Of a stretch of DNA of 64,000 nucleotides, positions 1-12,982 are shown one piece after another. A program made the translations under genes and the position numbers. Under the pieces are notes generated by a model. That model did not search any database. It was given only the letters and a program-made list of their open reading frames with translations, and was not told where the DNA came from. Location of the stretch: NCBI RefSeq assembly GCF_009914755.1, contig NC_060928.1; one strand, written 5' to 3'. The DNA is from the human T2T-CHM13v2.0 reference genome, Homo sapiens. Every line of letters begins with the position of its first letter. Positions within the stretch are counted from its first letter, which is position 1.

Positions 1-302
1 AAGATAATATTAAAAGTCCATTGAAGTTCAAGGGAGAGTTCTTAGGCACCCTGGCAAATAATTTCCATAGTAGCTCCCTGTAGAAAAATGTACTACAAAT
101 CAAAGCTGTCTGCATTCTCTAACAATCAATGGGTCACTCTTCATATATCTTTCTTAAAAGAAAACACGTGACTGGCTTTCTATAGAAAATAAAATTATAG
201 GGAAGTCAGATTTTAATACCATTGAACAAAGACAGTTAGTCCTATAAGAAATATTTTATCCAAAATTTCAGTCCACTATAATATGAATTATAGTTACATT
301 CT

Positions 303-520
303 TTCATTTATTCATTCATTTATTCAACTAACTTTACTAAGTATTTACTATGCAAGGCATTGCATTATATGCTGTGGATGCAATGAAGAGATAAACATCA
401 TTATTGTCCTCAGAGGGTTTACTGTCCAGTGGGGATAATTTTTTACTAAAAAAGTACAATACAACATAATAAGAAAAGTTTAGTGTCCTATAAGAGGACA
501 AAGGAGAAGCAATTAACCTT
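303..520 (-). mobile_element. LINE-2 3' end fragment
   Basis: (TTCA)n tail followed by 'ttattcaacaactttactaagtatttactatgcaaggcattgc', the reverse complement of the L2 3' terminus; boundaries approximate. Confidence 0.65.
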
Positions 521-1515
521 TGAGATGTTTGACACATATTTCAATGGCTATGCTAATCCATTTTTCATGACACAGAAAATACAGCATCTTTGTAATGTTT
601 TAGCGCTTTGCAAACTAAATATTAAGATATCAGCTCATTCCAAGGCCTACCTTAATACAGAAGTAGATCCAGCAACTTGTCCTTCACAATAATAATAGTT
701 TCAATAATAATTCATCACGTAATTGTTGACCACCTCTTTGGATGATACTGTTGAATCACTTTGACAATTTAAAATCATTTGCTGGTGCAAAGTGGAATAT
801 GGGTTTTCTTTTTTGTAACAGGAGCTAAATTTGTCTGTAGATATGCCAAACCCTACCCAAGTTAGGAACTTTAACTGTCACGTGCCTTTTTAAACTTTTC
901 TCTAGTTCTGTTTGATCCAACAAATCCCTAATTAGAAGCATAATGTGTGTGGGTAAAGGGTTAACAAAATATTTTCCCTTTCTCCCTTAGAATCTGATCT
1001 TTAATTCACTTTCTAGATCTATTCCCTTGACAACCTGATAAAGGAAGTATGTCAAATATGCTAATAGGCAGGATTGCTTGGGGTAAAAATAAACTGATTG
1101 GCTAATTGTATGTGGAGTGAGAAAAATTATAAATAAATGATAAATACCTGATAGGGATACTATAGCTTTAGACTTTTGTGACTGGACATGCCTTTTTCAG
1201 AGACCACAGAAGCCCTGCCTATGGAGTTGTTACAAAAGATACTGGCTCCTGTGGGACATGTGGTTTTTAAACCAGGGGAATTTTCACAGCTGCTCTGAGA
1301 ATCATTCTTTCATAGCAAAGAGAAAGCAAAGAGTATAGCTCTTGTGCTGCAGCAAAGACTTCACCATGCACTGCCGTGAGGGCTAGTTCCACAGAAGAGT
1401 AATAACTGACATTGCCCTGCTGGGCAACTAAGGTTCTTGTCCCATATGCTTCTAAGCAAATTTGATGCCATGTGTAATTTATGATAATCTTGTGAGTCTA
1501 ATTATTTAATATAAC

Positions 1516-1908
1516 TGCTATGATTTGTTGCGCTATGATTTGTTATGAATTGCTATGAATGTGTCCTCCAAAGTTCCTGTGTTGGAAACTTAATTTTCAA
1601 TGCAACAGTGTTGAGAAGTGGGACTTTTGAGAGGTGGGACTTTTAAGAGGTGATTAGGTCACTATAGCGGGAGTGGGTTAGCTATCACAGGAGTGGGTTT
1701 CCTCCCCCTCCCCTCTCTCATGCACATACAATCTTTTGCCCTTTTGCCTTCAGCCACAGGATGACACAAAAAGTAAGCTCTCACCAGATATGGGTCCCTC
1801 GACCTCGGATTTCCCAGGCTCCAGTACTATAAAAAATAAATCGCTGTTCTTTATAAAATACCCAGTTTCCAGTACCCTGTTGTAGCCGCATAAAGCAGAC
1901 TAAGAACC
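1516..1908 (+). mobile_element. MaLR solo LTR, MSTC/MSTD-like
   Basis: 'tgctatg...aatgtgtcctccaaagttcctgtgttggaaacttaat...gcaacagtgttgagaagtggg' start, AATAAA box, and 'gcagactaaga' end. Confidence 0.8.
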
Positions 1909-2029
1909 TAAAAAGACCCCCTGGCCCCCACCTTCAGAGTTTAGGGCAAAGTAATGGCAGATAATAGAATAATACATAAGTAATTAATAAGCATGTCAGG
2001 AGGTTTCTGGTTGCCTTTTTAACACGCCT

Positions 2030-2157
2030 CATGACTAGGCTCCTAGTGTGTACTGAACCTAGTACGATAACCATATGCTTGACATATAGTAGAACTGAAG
2101 AATGTTTTGTTGAATAAATTAAGCAATTAATTAATTAATGAGTGAATGAATGAATGA
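2030..2157 (+). mobile_element. LINE-2 3' tail
   Basis: 'gcttgacatatagtag...tttgttgaataaa...gaatgaatgaatga'. Confidence 0.55.
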
Positions 2158-2297
2158 TTCTAACCAATACAGTGAAAAAAGGAAGCTAGAGCTTCAGCTC
2201 TCAAGTCTCATTTGATCCTAATCCAGCTATTCAGTTGCCCCAGCTCTGCCCTATGCTTGATTCCGAAGCAAGTTTCTTGATTCTCTGCCTAACATCT

Positions 2298-2781
2298 TGT
2301 GCTGGCTAACTTCCACTTGCACCTCCAGATCTCCTCTCCAACTTTTCTCCAGTCTACTCTGTGTCCAGGAGGCTGGGCAGCATGGAACTTATCAACAGAC
2401 TACCTTGCCCTCCAGCTTCCTGTCGTACCAACAAAGGCCACAATAAGTTATTGGATGGACAGTAGGACAGGAGATGAAGTATTTACTCCTCCAGCTCCCT
2501 ACCTGTGTGGTGAATCAGGGGCTGCAAAGGTCACAGCTTTTGTGATATGACCCTCTCCACACTAACTATCATCTCCAGGTTTCAGGAGTCACTGTCTGTC
2601 ACCATGTCAGGTGTATGAGTGGTGGTAACAGCTTCTTGTTGTTACTTTCCTCAGGAGATCACATTGTCCCTTGTTACTTCTCTATATCCTGTCCACATGT
2701 TTAAATTAGTTCTTTTATTAGATATTCCTGAAATTGCCAAATGTAAGCATGATGTTTCTTTAAGATCCTCAACTGGAATAC
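2298..2781 (+). mobile_element. ERVL solo LTR, LTR33-like
   Basis: TG start; 'cctccagatctcctctcca...ctctgtgtccaggaggctg...ccttgccctccagcttcctg' and 3' 'tagttcttttattagat' resemble the LTR33 consensus. Confidence 0.65.
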
Positions 2782-3084
2782 CTTTTCTTTAGCTATTTTT
2801 CAAATCTTTTGCAATATATTTTCCTGCTACTAATGAGTCTACTTGGTTCAACCACCAGCCATGACCCACCATTGGTGCTCCTGTTTCTCCTAGAAGTATG
2901 ATGATAAATACTATTTTTCCTGGTCTAATCTAGCTGGAATCGCCTTTAACCCTTGGTGTTTCCTCATTGCCCTCCCTCCAACAAGACCTTGCTTTACTTT
3001 CCCTGGTCCAAACTAACTGTCCCTCCCTTATAGCCACTGCCACTTATATACTGGCATGACAAATAGGGATTAATTTTTGTTTTG

Positions 3085-3340
3085 GAGACATAAGCAGGAT
3101 ATAGTTGAAAGAACAAAGCCTTTAAGTCTGGCTTGATGAGGGTTTGAATTTCAATTTGACCACTTTACTGGTGCCTGAGTAAGTTGACAAAACTCTCTGA
3201 GCCTCTGTTTCTTCTGCAAATTAGGAAGAACAAGACCTATCTTTACCTGTGAGGTTTTTTGATAGACACTGAAAATATGCATTGATATTTGGCACACAAT
3301 ATGTGCTGAAAAAATAGTGGTAGACTATATTATTATTGAT
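3085..3340 (+). mobile_element. MIR SINE
   Basis: Core 'ctgagtaagttgacaaaactctctgagcctctgtttcttctgcaaa' and 'ggcacacaata' 3' part. Confidence 0.7.
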
Positions 3341-4356
3341 AACATCATTGTAACCCAAACACATTCCAACTAAGGAATCATTTCCAAAGGTCCATTCAGC
3401 TAAATAGAGAGGCATTAAAATTCTCTTTAGCTGCAAAAATCTCTCATTGCTAATTTCTCTCATATGAATTCACAATAACAAATTATCACCATTATTGGTT
3501 ATAGTTGTTGCTTAAATAGAAAATATTTTCTTGTTTCTAGTTACTGCGAATATAAAGAGCAGAAAAGTTATATGTTCCAGAATTTTATTATTTTATTTCT
3601 TGCTTGTATTAAAATGTGTTTTAATTTTGAAATTTGAAGTTAACAAGAAAATGTTATATTAATTCCATTCTTTCCCCTATCAATGCAACATACTATGACA
3701 GCCTTCATTGTGTATAATTTTCCTTTAACATTAAAGTTATTTTTTGTAAAGTTGCCAAGATATCTGGCACAGTTGCCATTCCAAATTAAGAATATGGTCT
3801 TTCAAAGTGCAAACATTCACAGAGTTAAAAAAACCTTCCAAGGCAAATGAATTTCACACCACCCAAGAACAAGAAGAGACATGATACTTCTGTTTAACTT
3901 CTCAGCATGCATTAGACAAATCTTTAAATAGCCCCACTAACTGAATCAGCCTTATAGGCTGAATAGCTGGTAGGTTGTGAGTTGCAATTTGTAAGGCTGC
4001 CAGAAAAGACTTCTTAAGTCTTCTCCCTTTCTAGTCCCCCACAATGAAGTCTGAAGCTCCTTTGATAATAATGAAGCCTGTCATCTTCTAATTAGAAATA
4101 AGTTTAAAATGCACAAAGTTATTAAACTTAATTTACAGTGAGATTTGTTTTTGTTTTTTCCTGATTCTGATAAAGGACTATGCCAGGGAGGAAACTGAAT
4201 GGTTGAGAAAGAAAAGACGGGCAACCCTGAAGACAAACATTGTCAAATTCACATTTGTGCCTAAGACTAACCTTGCACCCATCTCTTCATGATTTAAACA
4301 GAATTCATTAATATGTTTCTTTCTGCTAAATTATGTCCCCTTCTCTAGGTTTTTGA

Positions 4357-4628
<272 letters not shown>

Positions 4629-4711
4629 ATGACCCTGGAATTTATATGGGGATCCTGAGCCTGTTCAGAAGCATTCCTTTGCCCAACAGCCTTAAAAAGT
4701 ATTATGATATG

Positions 4712-5049
<338 letters not shown>

Positions 5050-5744
5050 TTATGGAATCTGTTTGAGTAACCATTTATATAACTTGAAGTGCAATGGCTT
5101 TGGTGAAAGAGAAAGGAAAGGGTTTTTCATTTTGCTTTGTTTCGGGCAGTAAGAGAAGAGAAAGAGATGTAAAGGATAGGAAAATGCTTAGGGTCCCATT
5201 TAACCCCTCAGGATATTTGAAGCACAAATCGAGAGCCACATTAAGTGTAGAAGCTGGAGAATCTACTTTTAATAAGTTTTTTTCTGAAGTCCTGCCCACA
5301 AGCAGTGCTATTTCAATGTCAAAGTGACAGCATGCCACCCATTGTTGAGTTGGGGTTCATTACCGCTTCTGCATGAATCCTAGGCCTGCTCTGACCTTGA
5401 GGATTAACGACTTTTCCAAGCAGCAAGGAAAAATACCTTTAACACAGACATCAGCATTTTCGCATCTAACAATATAGTTGCCTCATAAACAGAGATATGG
5501 GTATGGGAAAGGTGGAATCAAAAAGGAAGAACTGGCAGAAATGTGGTAAACTTGTTTGGCAGATAAATTCAAAAGAACATGTGACGAACTTTGTGAAATT
5601 TCCCTGAGGTGCTCACTAGGTGTAAGAAACAACAGAGGAAGAGAGGAGGAATATCTGGTAAATGGAGGCTGGAGTTCAGTTTCACCAGGTTAAACTCCTG
5701 TGAGCTCCCAAGATATGTGAAATAAGCCAATCACAGTAAGATTT

Positions 5745-5950
5745 GGTTTTTCTGGAGTCAAAAGGCCTTGGTTTCAAATACTTGCCTACTACTTAATAGC
5801 TGTATGACCTCGGCATACAGACAGTTATTCAACAATCAGTACTTCCTTTTCCTCATCTGTATTAATAGTCTCTACCTCACAGTATTGCTGTGAGGTTTGA
5901 AGGGTTAATGCATGCAAAACAGAGTACTAACTGGCAATAATATTTGAGTG
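5745..5950 (+). mobile_element. MIR SINE
   Basis: 'tctggagtca...ggtttcaaat...acttaatagctgtatgacctcggca...ttcctcatctgt...ctacctcacag'. Confidence 0.7.
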
Positions 5951-6383
5951 TTATAATTTGGTTCCATTTGTACAAACAGGCTGGGATGTCAGCATCCTCT
6001 AAGCCAAATAGATATTTCCTACTTTCTCTACCACTACAAGTCAATTAGAGTAGCAATTGGTACACATCATAAAAATATCCATTCAAATCATGTAAAAATA
6101 AATAAATAACAGAAGAAACTTATTTGATACTTGATTGAGAAGTATGCATCAATAATATCTCAGTGAATCATAAATGAACCAGAATTTTGAGAAGCTTTAT
6201 TATGTTTGCAACTCTGAAATTCAGTTAATCCTCTTAAGCTTTGAATTTATTACTAAATCTACATCTATATAACCATCTAAACAACCAGACCTAGGCAGTA
6301 TAAGATATTAAAAATATAATAACACATCAAGTAGTGTTATATAATATTATATAATATTTTCTGCAAAATTACATTTTATTATA

Positions 6384-6465
6384 TATAGATATGTATTTAT
6401 GTATTTTCTTTTGGTGGTATGGATGTGTATTGGTGGTATAGATATGTATTTATGTATTTTCTTTT
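6384..6465. repeat. Complex local duplication (29-bp and 19-bp overlapping units)
   Basis: TATAGATATGTATTTATGTATTTTCTTTT at 6384-6412 and 6437-6465; GGTGGTAT(G/A)GAT(G/A)TGTATT twice in between and overlapping. Confidence 0.85.
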
Positions 6466-6959
6466 AAATTGGAGTCCAGATTTATTTCAGGAGCCAAGCT
6501 GTATGAATCATTTTGGTCTCCAGCACAAGCTTCTATGCTGACTGATTAGATGAAACTAATTAACAGGTGTGTTATTCAAATGTAAATGACATGCAATCAT
6601 TTGAAAATGAATTAATGGCTACAAAATAAATACTGTCCTGAACAGAAAAGTTCACAGAAGTTATTATTTTAGCATAGATTTCCCACAAATATTTCCATTT
6701 GATTATGGAAAAATAAAATTGCCTTCCTTCAGGTTTGTAAATAGCCAAAATAAAGTTTCTAACAAAGCGTCAGAATCAAAAGCCACGTAAATGTAATTAT
6801 TTCTATTTATCCTTGTCCTCCTAAGCAGTAACTCCAGCTGTGCCAAGGCTTTCATGCTCTGTGTACTCCTGTAAGCTACTCTGCCCCCTCAAGTACAAGA
6901 TCAGCCACTTGGAGGTCTAGAAATACTACTTGCTTTGAGACCTACAGGACCAAATCCCT

Positions 6960-7520
6960 CTGCCCCAAATCCTCCATTGGCTTCTCACCCTGAGTAAAAG
7001 GCAAATTGTTCACAATGGTCTATAACATCTTAAATGATCTGTTCCCTGCCTCTCCTGGCCTCATCTGCTGCCATTCTCCTTATCCCCAGTTCATTTATGT
7101 TGACCTCTTTGCAGTTCCTCCAATAAGTCAAACACACACCCGTTTCATGATTTTTGCACTTGCTTTTCACTCTGACTGGAACTCTTTCTCCTAGAAGCTC
7201 ACATGACTGGTACCCCACTTTCATCAAACTTCTGGTCAAACAACACCTTATTAAAGTGGCCTTCCATGATCTCACTTAAAAAAAAATTAGCAAAACCTAT
7301 CTCTACCTTCAGCACTCTCCCTTCCTCTTCTGTTTTTATATTTATCCATAGACATTGTTAACATCTAACAAAGTAAAGCATATCTACTTATTCATTACTT
7401 GGCTCGCTCTATTACAATGTAAATTATTTGGAAGCAAGTCTCTCTATTTTCTTTTTAGTGTTTTCCTAACACCTAGGCCAGTGGCTGGAACACAGGATGT
7501 GCTCAGGAAATGTTTACTGA
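6960..7520 (+). mobile_element. LINE-2 (L2a-like) 3' region
   Basis: 'tttgcacttgct...ctggaactctttctcctagaa...cctaggccagtggctggaacacaggatgtgctcaggaaatgtttactgaa'. Confidence 0.75.
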
Positions 7521-7609
7521 AAGTTATGCATTGGATCAATAACACAGCCTATGTGAAACTATAATGGACATGTGTGTACATACATACACACACAGAGAGA
7601 CACAAATTT

Positions 7610-8500
7610 CTCCCATCACCTACCTTTTGTCATCTCTTTAAATAGCCACATTATCCACCAAGTTGCTGAAGCAGAAAATTTACATGTGATCCTTGGTTCC
7701 TGTCTTCCCCCATACTCCACATAGGATTCTTCAGCAGGTCATGTCCACTCTACCACAAAGATACACACCATCTTCTCACCATCTTTACTGTGACATCTTG
7801 ATTCCAACCTTTATCATCTTTCACCTGAATTCTTGCAAGAGGCTCCTAGTTGCTTTCTATCTCAGTCTTAATGTCCACACAGCAACCAAATGACAATTCT
7901 AAACCATAAATCAGAGCATATCACTTCCCTGCCTCCCTGGTTTCCTGCTGCAACTGGAATAAAACCTAAAGCCTTTATCACAGGCTCTGCCTTGATGGTG
8001 TTTCAACTGCCCCTCAGGTCTCATGCCCCTCGGTCCTCTACTGTTCACTCTACTTCTCTCACACTGCCCTTCTTTCTCTCTCTTGAACATGCAAAACTCA
8101 TCTCCACCTAGGTTCATTTGCATTTCATATGATTTCATTTTCAAATACTCTTTCCCCAGATTTTCATATGGCTGCCTTCTCACCATTCAAGTCTTAACTG
8201 AAATGTGGTTTCCTCCCAGAGGTCTTCCTTGACAGTTCTAACTAAAATTACTGGCCCAGTCTTGTCACTTTCTTGTATATTATCCCATTTTTAAATGCAT
8301 CATAGCATGTATCAGTATGTGAATGAATGAATAAGTGAATGAATAAATTACAAAAATTGTCTCCTCCACTCTCTCAGCAGTAAAATATATACTTCTTGAG
8401 AAACGTGACTACTTCTGTGTTGTTCTCCATTACATTCCTGGTGTCTAGAATAGTGCCCAGTACATGGTATTACATATACGGTAATGATTTGTTGGCTGAC
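7610..8500 (+). mobile_element. LINE-2 fragment
   Basis: 'ccacacagcaacca...aaatcagagcatatcacttccctgc...tctagaatagtgcccagtacatggt'. Confidence 0.7.
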
Positions 8501-10904
8501 TTCATAATGTCTACTAACATTTTTTGAATGACTAAAATGCACCTTTCTGGGCTCAAAATATTGAGGCTATATGAAGGTGAAAGTAATAAATACCAGTACC
8601 ATGAGATAAAAAGATAAGTAAATAAACGATTGCCTGCAATGTGATATTCTCAGTGTTCCTCTCCACACTTCATAGACACAAACTACATAAATTATTTGAA
8701 CCCACTAGTCTATTAGAATGAGCCATTAGGCTGTGTAGTGAGTACATTGCCCTGTCATTATGACATATGCCTAAACTCCTTAATGTTTTTGGTTTCTGTC
8801 ATTTTGATAAATTCAAATTTCTCTTTACAAGACTCACTGCTTCAGATCTCTTCTTCCAGTTAATTCAAATTGCATCTTCTAAAATCTTCCCTTTTTATCA
8901 CCATGACTACCTCACCACACTCCTTAAGTTCTTCCTCTGGCTTCCTAAGTCTTAATAATTCAATTCAGAAAGTGCTTGAGTGCCTACCAGAATGCACAGT
9001 CTGTACATCTTGTCTCAGCCCTCAAGGCCCTGCATCTTTACACCTACTCTCTCGCCTCTATCCAGCCTCCTTCATTTATTAATTCACATTATTTTTTCCT
9101 CCCTGTCTCTACTCCCACTTGGAGAGCATTTCCACTTCAAATACTGCAGCACTCTATTCCTACCTGCTCTGGCAAACACAAATGTAGCCCATTTAAAAAT
9201 GATTTTCTAGATAACAAATCACAGATTATAAGAAAGCAATTAAACCTCATCCTAATACAAAATTGCTTGTCACTATGACAACAAATTCAATATTTGGTGT
9301 CACTCCTTAAGAAAAATTATAATAGCAAGGTTCCTGTATAACAGTAATAAAGATACTTAGTAAAAAAGTTTTGATTAAAAGACATTTGTGCAGTGAGCAA
9401 GCATTTTATCCCTCAGACTGTTTTCCTGTGAATTGTATATTATAGTCCAAAAATTCTGAAAGGTGTTTTGAAGATGTTACATCTATTTATAACAAAAATT
9501 CTCCATTTTAAATAAAAAATACAAATATTATGATTAAATATCTTAAATTTTTCAAGAAACATTTTTCAAAAACTTTAAAGTATTTTAAAAGCATTACACA
9601 ATTTAACTTATTCCAGCATCCATTTAAGCACAGAAATTGAATGCAAAATTCTATTATGTTGTAATTCAAACCGGAAATTTGGGATCTTACTGTTCAAAAG
9701 TTGCTCAGCATTCTAACACATGAAATAAAGAGATTAGTTTGACTTATAAGACTCAACATTTTAGTATATTTCTTGGGAGGTAATTTTCGTTTACTCTTTA
9801 CCTAAAACAGGAAACAGTGAAGAAATATGAGCAATGAATGAAAAAAAATGTGTGCTATTTTTTTTAATTTCCTTCCCAAGTACAAAACAAAGAGAAAAAA
9901 TGAATAAGTACTATATCTAAATGTGGAGAACACTGTTGTAAATTTTACAGTCTCAATCAAAATTTTAGTAAGGCAAAGCGCTATCATAGTCTAATGTAAC
10001 TAGAATTTTTTAATTCAAGTAAAATTGACATAAAGTGAAACACACAGGCCTTAAGTCATGATTTCTGATATCTACATACACCCTGTAACCACAACCCCAA
10101 TAAAAATGTAGAATATCCCAGATGTTAACCCAGAAAATTCCCAAATATCCATTCTAGGCCATCCCCACACCTCCTAAGCAACCACTATTCTGAATTTTAT
10201 CACCATAGATTAGTTTTACCTGTTCTTGCATTTCATAAAATGGAATCATGCCATGAGTACTTTTTTGTGCCTGGCTGATTTTTCTCAGAATGATGTTTTT
10301 GAGATTCATGCATGTTGCAGATCGCATTAATAGTTGATGAAATATTTTTTATTGTTAGTATTTCTCTAAATGAATATACTATAGTTTATTCACTTCTTGT
10401 TGAAATTTGGGGTTATTTTCAGTTCGGAAAAATTATAAATAAAGCTGCTATAAACATTTACATACAAATCTTTTTGTGGACATATACTTTCATTTCTCTT
10501 GGATCATAAGTAGTTAGGAGTAAAATTCCTGGAGCAGAGGTAGGTAAATGTTAATTTAATAATAAACTACCAAACTGCTTTTCCAAGAGGTTGTACCATT
10601 TTATCCTCCTCTTGGCAGTATTTGAGAGCTCCAGTTGCTCCATGTCATCACCAACATTTAATATCGTCATTTTTTTCATTTTAGACATTCTAGTGTGTGT
10701 GATATGGTATTTCATTGTGGTTTTAATTTGCATTTCTCTGATGACTAATAATGTTGGTCCCTTTTTGAGTGCATATTGGCCATTTCTATATCTTCCTTTG
10801 TTAAGTATCTCTTTAAGTCCTTTGCCCCATTTCTTCAACTGGTTTGTTTGTCATTATTGATTCAGAAATATTTTATTTTCTATCAGCAAATTCAGTTTTT
10901 TTAT

Positions 10905-11673
10905 TTTAAGAAAACTTTAATAATTTTTTCCACTTTTATTTTAGATTCAGAGGGTACATATGGAGGTTTGTTACCTGGGTATATTCTGTGATGCTAAGGT
11001 TTGGGGTACAAATGATCCTGTGACCCAGGTAGTGAGCATGATGCCTGTATTAGTCCACTCTCACGCTGCTAATAAAGACATACCCTAAACTGGGTGATTT
11101 ATTATGTAAGGGAAAGAGGTTTACTGACTCAGTTCCACAGGGCTTGGGAGGCCTCAGGAATCTTACAATTATGGCAGAAGGGGAAGCAAACACATCCTTC
11201 TTCAAATGGCAGCAGCAAAGAGAAGTTCCAAGCAAAAGGGGGGAAAAGCCCCTATAAAAACATCAAATCTCATGAGAACTCACTCACTATCATAGGAACA
11301 GCAGCATGGGGGTCACTGCCCTCCATGATTCAACTACCTCCCACTGGGTCCCTCCCATGACATGTGGGGATTATGAGAACTACAATTTAAGATGAGATTA
11401 GGGTGAAGACACAGCCAAACCATATCAGTACCCAACAGCTAATTTTTCAACCCTTGCCCCCTTCTCTCCCCCTCCCACTTCTAGTAGTGTCCAGTGTCTA
11501 TTGTGGCCATCTTTATGTCCTTCAGTACCTAATGTTTAGCTCCCACTTTTAAGTGAGTACATGCGGTATTTGGTTTTCTGCTCCTGCATTGATTCACTTA
11601 GGATAATGGCCTCCAGTTGCATCCATGTTGCTGCAAAGGACATGATTTCATTCTTTTTTATGACTGCATAGTA
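10905..11673 (-). mobile_element. L1PA15/16-like 3' end, 5'-truncated, nested in L1M
   Basis: 'acttttattttagattcagagggtacat...gtttgttacctgggtata...tttagctcccactt...catccatgttgctgcaaaggacatgatttcattc'. Confidence 0.85.
11046..11427 (-). mobile_element. THE1 (C/D-like) MaLR solo LTR nested in L1PA
   Basis: 'tgtattagtcc...gctaataaagacatacc' to 'acacagccaaaccatatca'; degenerate 5-bp TSD atgcc/gtacc. Confidence 0.92.
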
Positions 11674-12957
11674 GCTTAGGAATATTTTTAACGTATTCTG
11701 AAAACAAGTCCTTTGTCAAATTCTGTATTGTGTGTACCTTCTCCCAGCATGTGGCTTGCCTTTGCATCTTTCCAGCACTATTTCTTAATGAGCAGAACCC
11801 TTAAATGTTGATGAAGACTGATTTACTATATTTTTCTCCTTTATAATTAATTCCTCTCTAAAAAGTTTATGCCTATCTCAAGGTAAAAAATATATATTAT
11901 TTTTTCTAAATGTTTTATGATTTTAGATTATATGTTTAAGTCTATGATCCATCTCAAATTAACTTTTATATGGTATAAAGTAGAGGTTAAGGTTTTTTCA
12001 TACATTTATACTCAGTTTTAAGTGAAAGATTTTTGCCGAGAAACATAAAAACACTAGATATCTAAGATCAGCACTTCAAAATCAATTCTTTTCATTTACA
12101 CTTTGCCAGCCTTTTTATTGTCATTGTTGTTGCTTAATGTAACTCTTGTCTGTATAAGAATAACCCAAACAGAAGTGGGCTAAAAATGGTTCATAGGTCT
12201 AGGCAGGGCAAATCACATGACATTTGCCTGTAACCAAATTTCACCTTTTCCAGGAGATTTGCTGGTAGCCCAAGCCATAGGAGGTCTCATAGGAAGATCT
12301 CACACATCCTGGAGTCTGCATGCATGATGAGCTAATTACATCATCTGCTGCTCTTATAAAATGCACTAGGCTAGGCAAATAATTTGATCTTCTATCCAGA
12401 CATCCACATTAGCAGTCATCTGCAAATATACAGCTGCCCATTCTGCATGGCAAGTCTATGGCACGGATACCAGCCTTCTTTTTAATAAATATACCACAAT
12501 GCTGTTTTGCAGCACTTTTTAAAATGCTACAAAATAAAATAAGGAAAAACTAAGGTGACAACATTTAATTATGGAATCTCACTATTTTACCATTTTTTTG
12601 AAATCTGCAATTTCTTTTTAATATAGGGTACATACACATCAGCATTCTTGCTTCAAGAAAATCACAAAGTCTAACGTAATAAAAAGAAAATAAAGGCTAT
12701 GTGAGAGAAGAATTTTATCTTGCTCAAAGCAAAAGCCTAACAAAAGAAAGGCAATTATTCTGACCAGTTAACAAAGCCAAGAGAAAAGCCACACCTGTTA
12801 GCTAAATCCAAAAATCCTCAAAATGGTTCATACCCCCTCCTTCTCTAAAATCCTATAAATAAAATCAACTGGGAAATAATAGTAAACATGTTTCATTTTA
12901 GCATGGATATGAACTAGCTCATGGCCTCACAGAAGTCAAAAAGGTATTTTAGGAGAA

Positions 12958-12982
12958 ACCAGTACAAAATTTTTGTACTGGT
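12958..12982. repeat. Near-perfect 25-bp palindrome
   Basis: ACCAGTACAAAA-T-TTTTGTACTGGT (12-bp arms, 1-nt spacer). Confidence 0.9.

Larger units (their letters stand above)
10005..12030 (-). mobile_element. Old L1M (L1ME-like) 3' region, split by nested L1PA and THE1
   Basis: Antisense L1M 3' end 'aagcaaccactattctg...atagattagtttt...aatggaatcat'; ORF 10551-10838 is degenerate ORF2p C-terminus ([13 protein letters not shown]); resumes at ~11675. Confidence 0.85.

Noticed and set aside
6337-6354. 18-bp perfect palindrome TTATATAATATTATATAA
   Set aside because: Pure AT low-complexity sequence, expected by chance in TA-rich tracts.
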